This document shows positions 34,883 through 42,156 of a stretch of 64,000 bases of DNA, one piece after another. The stretch spans positions 1,184,687-1,248,686 of the forward strand of contig OZ244860.1 in NCBI GenBank assembly GCA_965221035.1, given 5' to 3'. A program made the position numbers and the translations under genes. Under the pieces are notes generated by a model that was not told the DNA's origin, ran no database searches, and saw nothing but the letters and a program-made list of their open reading frames with translations. The DNA comes from Candidatus Rariloculaceae bacterium (GTDB lineage: Bacteria; Pseudomonadota; Gammaproteobacteria; Steroidobacterales; Rariloculaceae). Each line of letters begins with the position of its first letter. The first letter of the stretch is position 1.

Positions 34883-36279
34883 GGTAGTCCCTCTCTGGCA
34901 ATTTCCATCGCGCGCCGGAGAATGTCGCTCTTGGCCATCACCTCGCGGAGCTCGGTTGCGGGATCGCTGTCGGCAACGATACCCGCTCCCGCCTGGAAGC
35001 TGTACTCGTCGCCGTGGAACACCAGGGTGCGGATGGCGATGGCCTGGTCCATGTTGCCGCTCTTTGAAACGTAGCCCACCGAACCTCCATAAAGCCCCCT
35101 GGAGATGGGCTCCAGTTCCGCGATCAGTTCCATGGCCCGCACCTTGGGCGCTCCCACCAGGGTGCCCGCCGGAAACGTTGCGGCGAACAGGTCCAATGCG
35201 TCCTGCCCGGGCCTCAATGTGCCCTGGACTCCGCTGACAATGTGCATGACGTGACTGTATCGCTCGATCGTGCGGTACGGGTCGACGCGCACGGTGCCGC
35301 GCTCCGCGACCCGCCCCAGGTCGTTTCTCGCCAGGTCCACGAGCATGACATGCTCGGCGTTCTCCTTCGGGTCCGCCAGCAGTTCCTCCTCCAGCGCGAC
35401 ATCTTCCCGGGATGTCGAACCGCGCGGCCGCGTTCCCGCGATGGGCCTGAGAGATGCCTCTCCGTGATCCAGCCTCACCAGCGCTTCGGGAGACGCGCCC
35501 GCCACCTTGAGGGACCCGGCGCGGAAGAAGAACAGGTAGGGCGACGGGTTCAGCAGCCGCATGGCCCGGTAGCAGGAAAAGGGATCCAGGTCGCCGGTGC
35601 CGGCAAATCGCACCGACATGACGATCTGGTAGATGTCGCCGGCCGCGATGTACGCCTTGCAGCGGTTCACGGTATCCATGAATTCAGCCTTTTCGAAACT
35701 CGCCGACGCTTTCGAATACCCGCGGCGCGACGCCCCTGCGGCGGACTGGCCGTCGATGCCGCCGCGAAGCGCTTGAATGACCTCCCGGCGAAGTTGCTGT
35801 CGTTCCTTGTCGGTACCGGAATGCAGCAACGCGACCCGCCGGGTGAGATGGTCGAATACCAGCACGGACGCGGGCGCCACCAGCGCGGCCTGGGGCAATC
35901 CATCCAGTTCGGCGCGGTTGGGCGGCAACCGCTCGTAGTAGCGGACCACATCGTATCCGAACGCCCCGACCAGACCTCCCGTAAACGGCAGACCATCGAT
36001 CTGCGGCAGCAGATCCGGCGCGTCGTCCATCAACCGGCGCAGCACGGTCGACCATTCCGCGGCGGTGGAGGGCCGTGGCGCCGGAGCGCCGTTGATCGTC
36101 AATCGGTCGGAATACAGTTCAAGCGAAGGCCCCGACCCGAACCCGAGAAACGAGTAGCGGGCCAGACGCTCGCCTCCGTCGACGCTTTCCAGCAGGAACC
36201 GCGGCTCGAATGCCTCAAGCTTGAGCCAGGCCGACACCGGCGTATCGAGATCCGCGGCGATATCGAATGGTGGTCGCAT
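34879..36279 (-). CDS. trpE: Anthranilate synthase component I
   Basis: 466 aa with chorismate-binding blocks (LLESV, PSPY, GAPKVRAMELI, GGSVGY). Confidence 0.95.
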   Translation of the reverse strand: MRPPFDIAADLDTPVSAWLKLEAFEPRFLLESVDGGERLARYSFLGFGSGPSLELYSDRLTINGAPAPRPSTAAEWSTVLRRLMDDAPDLLPQIDGLPFTGGLVGAFGYDVVRYYERLPPNRAELDGLPQAALVAPASVLVFDHLTRRVALLHSGTDKERQQLRREVIQALRGGIDGQSAAGASRRGYSKASASFEKAEFMDTVNRCKAYIAAGDIYQIVMSVRFAGTGDLDPFSCYRAMRLLNPSPYLFFFRAGSLKVAGASPEALVRLDHGEASLRPIAGTRPRGSTSREDVALEEELLADPKENAEHVMLVDLARNDLGRVAERGTVRVDPYRTIERYSHVMHIVSGVQGTLRPGQDALDLFAATFPAGTLVGAPKVRAMELIAELEPISRGLYGGSVGYVSKSGNMDQAIAIRTLVFHGDEYSFQAGAGIVADSDPATELREVMAKSDILRRAMEIAREGLP

Positions 36280-36296
36280 CAGAGTTTCCAGTTGTC

Positions 36297-36332
36297 AAAA
36301 AAAAACCCACCTCCATTGCGCAGAGATGGGTT
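36297..36332 (-). terminator. trp attenuator (intrinsic terminator 17 nt upstream of the trpE ATG)
   Basis: On the - strand, AACCCATCTCTGCGCAATGGAGGTGGGTT forms an 8-9 bp stem and is followed by nine T. Confidence 0.8.
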
Positions 36333-36362
36333 CGCATGACCGAAACGGACGCTTGGGTCAGA

Positions 36363-36437
36363 TCAAGCGCGAACCCCTCGCCGATGCTCTCGCCACCAGC
36401 GCGGCACACTCACAAGTTGCCCCAACGATCCGTTCAT
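36363..36437 (-). CDS. trpL: trp leader peptide with tandem Trp codons
   Basis: ATG AAC GGA TCG TTG GGG CAA CTT GTG AGT GTG CCG CGC TGG TGG CGA GAG CAT CGG CGA GGG GTT CGC GCT TGA encodes MNGSLGQLVSVPRWWREHRRGVRA. The TGG TGG pair is at 36393-36398. A shorter start at the in-frame GTG (codon 9) is possible. Confidence 0.7.
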   Translation of the reverse strand: MNGSLGQLVSVPRWWREHRRGVRA

Positions 36438-36445
36438 GGCGCGAG

Positions 36446-36474
36446 AGTATGTGCCGTCGGCTTGAGCGGGTCAA
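36446..36474 (-). promoter_or_regulatory. Candidate sigma70 promoter of the trp operon
   Basis: On the - strand: TTGACC (36469-36474), 17-nt spacer, CATACT (36446-36451). The -10 ends only 8 nt before the leader ATG, implying a leaderless or very short 5' UTR, or use of the downstream GTG. Confidence 0.45.
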
Positions 36475-36533
36475 GCGCGGCAAGACCACGGCAAGAGCCC
36501 GGCAAGACCTCGGCAAGACTACGGCAAGACCGA
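36468..36533. repeat. Six-unit tandem array with 11-bp period (GGCAAGACNNN)
   Basis: + strand units: GGCAAGACCAC (36479), GGCAAGAGCCC (36490), GGCAAGACCTC (36501), GGCAAGACTAC (36512), GGCAAGACCGA (36523), plus the degenerate unit GGGTCAAGCGC (36468) that contains the putative -35. Confidence 0.85.
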
Positions 36534-36557
36534 CCTCCGCGGCGAATGACCGCCCGT

Positions 36558-38372
36558 TCAAAGGTCGTAGAGCAGCGGCAGCACGATCGAATAGCCCGCC
36601 CACATCAGGAACATCAGCGGCAGCCCGGCGCGTACGAAGTCGGTCGCCTTGTAGCCGCCGGCGGACATCAGCAGGATATTGGTCTTGTAGCCATAGGGCG
36701 TCACGTAGCTCATGTTGGCGCCGAAAATGACCGCGAGCACGAACGGTTCCGGCGCCGACCCCAGCTCGTTCGCGATCTGGATGGCCACCGGCGCGCCGAT
36801 CACGCCGGTGGCGTTGTTGGAGATGATGTTTGTCAGTATCGCCATCACCAGCATCAGGCTGCTGAGGATCAGGGGCGTGGGCAGCCCTTCCACAAGCCGG
36901 ACCAGCACCTGGGCGAGATAGAGCGCCCCGTCCGTCTCGGTCATCGCCACCCCCAGCGCGAGGCTGGCGACGATAATCATGATGACCGTGGGGGACAGCG
37001 CGCCGGAGGCATCGCCCCAGCGCAGGCAGCGGCTCGCCAGCATGAGTCCCACGCCGGCGACCGCGGCGGCCTCGATGGACAATATGCCGCCGGCGGCCGC
37101 GAGGATGACCAGGGCCATGATCAGCATGGCCCGCGGCGCGCGATGGGTCCGCGGCAGGTCGGTGGTACCGTCGAGCACGAGCGCCGTCCCCGAGCGCTTC
37201 AGTTGCGACAACTGGGCGGCGGTGCCCTGCACCAGCAGCACGTCGCCCGAGCGCAACGAGACCGAGCCGATATCGCTGACGGATTCTTCCATCTCCAGGT
37301 CCCGCGCCCGATGCAGCGCCAGCGGCAACAGGCCGGTGCGCTGGGCGAACCGGATGCTCATCAAGCTGGAGCGGTAGAGCTTGGAGTCCCGCGTCACGAC
37401 GATCTCGGCCAGGTGCTGCGGCTCCTCGCCGACCTCGTGGGCAGTCTCTTCCTGGTGGAGCGTGGCGCGAAGCTGCGCTTCGTAGCGCTTCAGGCGCTCG
37501 GGGGTGTCGCGAACCACCAGCCGGTCGCCTTCGCGAATCGTCACCGACGGCAGCCTGGTCACCGAAAGGTCCTCGCCCCGCTCGATCCGCTCAACGCGTA
37601 TATCGTTGTCCGTCAATGCGAGGCATTCGGCAAACGACAGTCCGCAGGCGGCGCTGTCCGCGTTGATATGCAGGGCGGCATTGAAGACACGTGGCGCGGT
37701 ATCCGACATGGGCGGCTTGCGTTCCGGCAGTAGTCTGGGGGCGACCAACCAAAGGAACACCATCCCGAAACTGCCGACAATGACGGCCGGCAGCACGAAA
37801 TCGAACATGTTGAAGCGTTCGATGCCCTGGTCCGCGGCGATGGCCACCACCAGCAGGTTGGTGGACGTGCCGATCGTCGTCGCCATTCCGCCCACCAGTG
37901 TGGCAAGGCCCATGGGCATGAGGATGGCCGACGGCGCGAACTTGTTGCGTACGGCCACGCCCACGAGCATGGGCAGCAGCATCACCACGATGGGCGTGTT
38001 GTTGAGAAAGGCGCTGAGCACGCCGCTGGCCAGCAGCGTGGCCAGGCTGGCCAACAGGGGCCGCGCCATCCAGGCCCTGGCCAGGAAAGTCGCCACCGGC
38101 TGTAGCGCGCCGGTGACTTCGAGTCCCTTGCCCATGATCATCAGGGCGCAGATGGAGATCAACGCCTCGTGGCCAAACCCGAGCAGGAAAATCTCGGTGC
38201 CCAGCGTCTCGCCGTCGGCCTGATACGGGAACAACTGGAAGCTGAGCACCAGGATGACGAGTATGGCCAGGCTGGAAGCCTCCAGGGGCAGCCGATCGCG
38301 CGTGAACAGGTACAACGCCAGGGCGGTTAGCCCCAGCACGAAAATGGTGTGTCCGTCTGGTGGGGGAGGCAA
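36558..38372 (-). CDS. SLC13/DASS-family permease with two internal TrkA-C domains
   Basis: 604 aa, polytopic, with a central pair of RCK_C-like segments (IREGDRLVVRDTPERL; LRSGDVLLVQGTAAQL). Confidence 0.8.
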   Translation of the reverse strand: MPPPPDGHTIFVLGLTALALYLFTRDRLPLEASSLAILVILVLSFQLFPYQADGETLGTEIFLLGFGHEALISICALMIMGKGLEVTGALQPVATFLARAWMARPLLASLATLLASGVLSAFLNNTPIVVMLLPMLVGVAVRNKFAPSAILMPMGLATLVGGMATTIGTSTNLLVVAIAADQGIERFNMFDFVLPAVIVGSFGMVFLWLVAPRLLPERKPPMSDTAPRVFNAALHINADSAACGLSFAECLALTDNDIRVERIERGEDLSVTRLPSVTIREGDRLVVRDTPERLKRYEAQLRATLHQEETAHEVGEEPQHLAEIVVTRDSKLYRSSLMSIRFAQRTGLLPLALHRARDLEMEESVSDIGSVSLRSGDVLLVQGTAAQLSQLKRSGTALVLDGTTDLPRTHRAPRAMLIMALVILAAAGGILSIEAAAVAGVGLMLASRCLRWGDASGALSPTVIMIIVASLALGVAMTETDGALYLAQVLVRLVEGLPTPLILSSLMLVMAILTNIISNNATGVIGAPVAIQIANELGSAPEPFVLAVIFGANMSYVTPYGYKTNILLMSAGGYKATDFVRAGLPLMFLMWAGYSIVLPLLYDL

Positions 38373-38467
38373 CTTGGCGCTTCTCTTGCGGAATCCTCGA
38401 CTTGTAATAGCATGGTATTTGCTAGTCTGCCAGCCTGATTTTTGGGCATTTGCCGGATTTTGTGGGA

Positions 38468-38611
38468 GAGAGGGCGTGGGCGTACCGGGGTTGGCGGCTT
38501 AATCGAGTCCGCCATCCCTGGCGGACTCGAATCGGCGCTCGGTGCTTTCGCCATCCATGGCTGCGCGCCGAACGCACGACGCCGCCAACCCCGGTACGCC
38601 CACGCCCTCTC
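38468..38611. repeat. Composite palindromic element, copy B (31-bp perfect arms, two-hairpin core)
   Basis: 38468-38498 is the exact reverse complement of 38581-38611 (31/31). Hairpins are TCGAGTCCGCCA-TCCC-TGGCGGACTCGA (38503-38530) and GCCA-TCCA-TGGC (38550-38561). The core is homologous to 3686-3768. Confidence 0.85.
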
Positions 38612-38645
38612 GGCGCTGCCTGTGGGTGGCGAGCTCGGGCTGAGC

Positions 38646-38668
38646 TTGACACTTGAATGGCAAGTGTC
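38646..38668 (+). promoter_or_regulatory. TTGACA box overlapping an 8-bp inverted repeat upstream of the ABC exporter
   Basis: TTGACA at 38646-38651; GACACTTG (38648-38655) and CAAGTGTC (38661-38668) form the inverted repeat. No convincing -10 at 17-nt spacing. Confidence 0.3.
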
Positions 38669-38712
38669 GAGTCTTGCCTGGAACGGCGCGGTACGCCGTG
38701 GAACATCTCTCT

Positions 38713-40557
38713 ATGCTCGGGCATTCCACCAATCCCTCTGACAAGCCTGTTGCGCTACGGAGCTACCTGGGCGTGTTCCGCTACAGCCGGCGCGCGGTGG
38801 CGCTGGTCTGGTCCACGCACAAGGGGCTCACCGTGGCGCTGGCGGTACTGACAGTGACCGCGGGGGTGCTGCCGGCGGGCATCGCCTACGTGGGCAAGCT
38901 GATCGTCGACGCCGTGGTGGCCCAGATCGACGTGGCCCGGCTGGGCGGGGCGGTCGCCTACGGGGAAGTGCTGCGCTGGGTGCTGGTGGAGGGCCTGCTG
39001 GTGGCGTCCATGACCGGCGTGCAACGCGGCATCGGCTTCTCCCAGGCGTTGCTGCGGGTGCTGATCAGCCAGCGGGTCAACGTGCTGATCCTGGAAAAGG
39101 CGCTGACGATGGAGCTGGCGCAATTCGAGGACTCGGAGTTCTACGACAAGCTCAACCGCGCCCGCCAGGAGGCTTCCAGCCGCCCCCTGAGCCTGGTGAA
39201 CCGGACCTTCGGGCTGGCCCAGCACGGCATCTCCCTGGCGAGCTACGGTGGCCTGCTGGTGCAATTCTCGCCCTGGGCCGTGCTCATTCTGCTGGCCGCC
39301 GGGCTGCCCGCCTTCATCGCCGAGGCCAACTTCTCCGGCGAGCAATTCCGGATCTTCCGCTGGCGATCACCCCAGCGGCGCATGCTCATGTACCTGGAAA
39401 TGGTGCTGGCCCGGGAGGACCACGCCAAGGAAGTCAAGCTGTTCGCTCTGGGACGGGAACTGCTGGACCGCTACCGGCGCATCTTCCGCGACCTCTACAA
39501 GGAGGACCGCTCGCTGGCCATCCGCCGCGATGCCTGGGGATTCGGGCTGGGCGTGTTCGGCAACGCGGCATTTTACGGCACCTACGCCTGGATCGTGATC
39601 GCCACCGTCCAGGGCGCCATTTCGCTGGGCGACATGACAATGTACCTGCTGGTCTTCAAGCAGGGACAGGCTTCGGTGAGCTCGATGCTGACGGCGGTCG
39701 GCGGCATGTACGAGGACAACCTGTATCTCTCCAACCTGTACGAGTACCTGGAGCAGGAGTCGACACAGCGGCAGGGCACGGCGGTGGCGGGCCCTGCCCC
39801 CGATGCCGGCCTGGAGCTCACCGACGTCAGCTTCACCTATCCGGGCGCGAAGTTTCCGGCGCTGCGAAATGTAAACCTCAACATCCGCAGCGGTCAGAGC
39901 GTCGCCATCGTGGGCATGAACGGTTCCGGGAAGACGACCCTGATCAAGCTGATGGCGGGGCTGTACCCGCCCGACCGCGGCACGATCCGCTTCCAGGGAA
40001 GGGACCTGGCCGAGTGGGACCCCGCGCGCCTGAGAGCGGCGTTCGGCATCATCTTCCAGGATTTCAACCGCTACCAGCTCAAGGTCGGCGAGAACATCGG
40101 CGCGGGCGATGTCGAGCACCTGTGGGATCAGGGACGCTGGTCCGAGGCGGCTTCCAAGGGCCAGTCGGCCGGCTTCATCGAACGGATGGAGGACGGCTAC
40201 CACACCCAGCTCGGCCGCTGGTTCAACGATGGCCAGGAACTGTCCGGCGGCGAGTGGCAGCGCATCGCGCTGTCGCGGGCATTCATGCGAAGCGGCGCCG
40301 ACGTACTGGTGCTCGACGAGCCCACGGCGGCCATGGACGCCCAATCCGAAGCGGAGATTTTCGACCACTTCCAGTCGATGACCGCCGGCAAGATCGCGGT
40401 GCTGATCTCGCACCGCTTCTCGACCGTGCGCCGGGCGGAACAGATCGTGGTCATGGACGAGGGCAAGGTGGTGGAGACCGGCAGCCACGAGGAGCTGGTT
40501 GTGCGGAACGGCGTGTATGCGCGGCTGTTCGAGTTGCAGGCGCGTGGGTATCGGTAG
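38713..40557 (+). CDS. ABC transporter, fused permease/ATP-binding protein (exporter type)
   Basis: N-terminal six-TM-type domain; C-terminal NBD with Walker A GMNGSGKTT, signature LSGGEWQRIALSRA and Walker B VLVLDEPT. Start at the ATG at 38713. Confidence 0.88.
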   Translation: MLGHSTNPSDKPVALRSYLGVFRYSRRAVALVWSTHKGLTVALAVLTVTAGVLPAGIAYVGKLIVDAVVAQIDVARLGGAVAYGEVLRWVLVEGLLVASMTGVQRGIGFSQALLRVLISQRVNVLILEKALTMELAQFEDSEFYDKLNRARQEASSRPLSLVNRTFGLAQHGISLASYGGLLVQFSPWAVLILLAAGLPAFIAEANFSGEQFRIFRWRSPQRRMLMYLEMVLAREDHAKEVKLFALGRELLDRYRRIFRDLYKEDRSLAIRRDAWGFGLGVFGNAAFYGTYAWIVIATVQGAISLGDMTMYLLVFKQGQASVSSMLTAVGGMYEDNLYLSNLYEYLEQESTQRQGTAVAGPAPDAGLELTDVSFTYPGAKFPALRNVNLNIRSGQSVAIVGMNGSGKTTLIKLMAGLYPPDRGTIRFQGRDLAEWDPARLRAAFGIIFQDFNRYQLKVGENIGAGDVEHLWDQGRWSEAASKGQSAGFIERMEDGYHTQLGRWFNDGQELSGGEWQRIALSRAFMRSGADVLVLDEPTAAMDAQSEAEIFDHFQSMTAGKIAVLISHRFSTVRRAEQIVVMDEGKVVETGSHEELVVRNGVYARLFELQARGYR

Positions 40558-40571
40558 GGGGTTCTGGCACC

Positions 40572-40653
40572 TATTGGAAGTGCCCTATTGGACCCCTATT
40601 GGACCCCTACTTGGACCCCCTATTGGACCCCTATTGGACCCCTATTGGACCCC
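40572..40653. repeat. Seven-unit tandem array with 11-bp period (TATTGGACCCC)
   Basis: Five exact 11-nt units, one 13-nt variant (TACTTGGACCCCC) and one degenerate first unit (TATTGGAAGTGCCC). Lies between the convergent stops of the ABC exporter and the AlbA_2 gene. Confidence 0.9.
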
Positions 40654-40662
40654 ATCAAATCA

Positions 40663-42156
40663 TCAGCCGCCGGACTGAACATCAATCGGTATCCATCGCG
40701 CCGCCAACCCACGTCCTTCAGTCCGAACGAGTTGGCGATCACGAAGATTTGAAAGAGCGCGCTTGACCTGCCGCGGACTGGCCGAGGCACCAAGCGCGGA
40801 TCGAATCTCGCGAAGCGCCATTGGCCCACCCCCACTGACCAGCAGATCGAGCACGGCGTTCTGAACCGCTGACAAGCCGCTGTCGTTAGCATCGTTGACA
40901 GCCGAAAACCGGGAAGGACTTGTCGGTGCGTGACCGCCTTGTGATCCTTGATGGCGGGTGGAGGATACGCGAAGCTGGCTTATCGGCACGCGGAACCTGA
41001 ACCGGACGGTCACGCAGCCACCAGCATCCTCGATCTCCGGTCGCGGCAACCCGGCGCCCAACGCCTCGGATTCCATCTTGAGGGTACCCCGGCCCCATTC
41101 CTCAATGATGCCGCGCAAATAAAACACATGGGCGATTCTCGGGTTCCATGGGCGAGAATCATGCGGTGCGAACAATTGATCCGGAGTCAGCCCGAAATGC
41201 AGGTTTCCGGATGAGCTGATTTCCACCCGGTCGTCATAGACTGCAACTCCGACCGACCCCCCGCCAATTGCGTAGTCGCGGTGACAAAACGCATTCGCCA
41301 ACGCCTCGCGCGTTGCGAGCGGCGGAACCAGCGGTTCATCAATCCGCTCGAGGCGATCCGGTTCGATCCTGCCAGGAATCGGCAGCGTCCCGCGCAGAAA
41401 CCGTTCCGCCGTTCGAAGCAGCGCAAACGCATTTCCGAAGAACTGGCGGTTGTCGACAAACTCCATTCGATCGGTGCCGACAAAGCGGGCCACCCGCAGC
41501 CAGCATTGCGGGAAATCGAATTCAAGGCGCTCCGATTGGCCAAATAGCACGGCGCCCGCCCGCATCAACTGGCCATCACGGATCAACCTGAGACCACGCA
41601 GCAAATCCTCAAGGCTGTTTGTCCCGGGATCGTCCAACCTCCCGCGACGAACCGCTTCCTGAACTGTCCGCCGAATCTCCGCCGCGTCCAGATCCGCGAC
41701 CGACCAGCCTGACACAGGCAGATTCTCCCAACGCTGGTCACCATGAAGCCGCTCGATCAGCAACCGATTGTATTCGTCGACCGGCATCATCGGTGAGGTG
41801 TTACCCACCCGCCGGTAGGCCCTTCCCCGGTATTGGTAAGGTTTTTCGGTACCTTCGTTCACGGCGATGGAGACGATCTCGCGCCGAGAATCGAGCGCGA
41901 CCCGGTTGATCGTTGGCGACGCGGCGGGCTCGATCCGTCGAACTTCGCCCGAAATACGTTCGATCGTACCGTCGCTCACCTCCTGCCCCACCGCCTTGCA
42001 GTCGGGCGTGACCCCGAACAATACCTGCCCGCCACGATGGTTGAGCATGGCGCAGACGGTCTTGGCCGCTTCCACTCTCATGCCGGAGGTTCGCTTGAAT
42101 TCCAGCGTCTCGGATTCACCTTCGGCGACCAGATTGCGGATGTTCTCGATGTTCAT
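40663..42156 (-). CDS. COG2865-type putative DNA-binding protein (AlbA_2/Schlafen-like N-terminus, HATPase_c_4-like core, C-terminal wHTH)
   Basis: 497 aa. N-terminus ESETLEFKRT...AMLNHRGGQVLFGV; central REALANAFCHRDY...GRG; C-terminal wHTH-like LREIRSALGASASPRQVKRALSNLRDRQLV. Its start overlaps the Type ISP stop (ATGA). Confidence 0.75.
   Translation of the reverse strand: MNIENIRNLVAEGESETLEFKRTSGMRVEAAKTVCAMLNHRGGQVLFGVTPDCKAVGQEVSDGTIERISGEVRRIEPAASPTINRVALDSRREIVSIAVNEGTEKPYQYRGRAYRRVGNTSPMMPVDEYNRLLIERLHGDQRWENLPVSGWSVADLDAAEIRRTVQEAVRRGRLDDPGTNSLEDLLRGLRLIRDGQLMRAGAVLFGQSERLEFDFPQCWLRVARFVGTDRMEFVDNRQFFGNAFALLRTAERFLRGTLPIPGRIEPDRLERIDEPLVPPLATREALANAFCHRDYAIGGGSVGVAVYDDRVEISSSGNLHFGLTPDQLFAPHDSRPWNPRIAHVFYLRGIIEEWGRGTLKMESEALGAGLPRPEIEDAGGCVTVRFRFRVPISQLRVSSTRHQGSQGGHAPTSPSRFSAVNDANDSGLSAVQNAVLDLLVSGGGPMALREIRSALGASASPRQVKRALSNLRDRQLVRTEGRGLAARWIPIDVQSGG

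Noticed and set aside
38442-38741. 99-aa ORF through the SLC13/ABC intergenic region
   Set aside because: It reads straight through both arms of the 31-bp palindrome (copy B), which makes the open frame an artefact of the repeat.
40572-40653. Possible CRISPR array (also considered for 36468-36533 and 51141-51228)
   Set aside because: The units are directly abutting with no spacers, the periods of 11-22 bp are far shorter than CRISPR repeats, and no cas genes are nearby.
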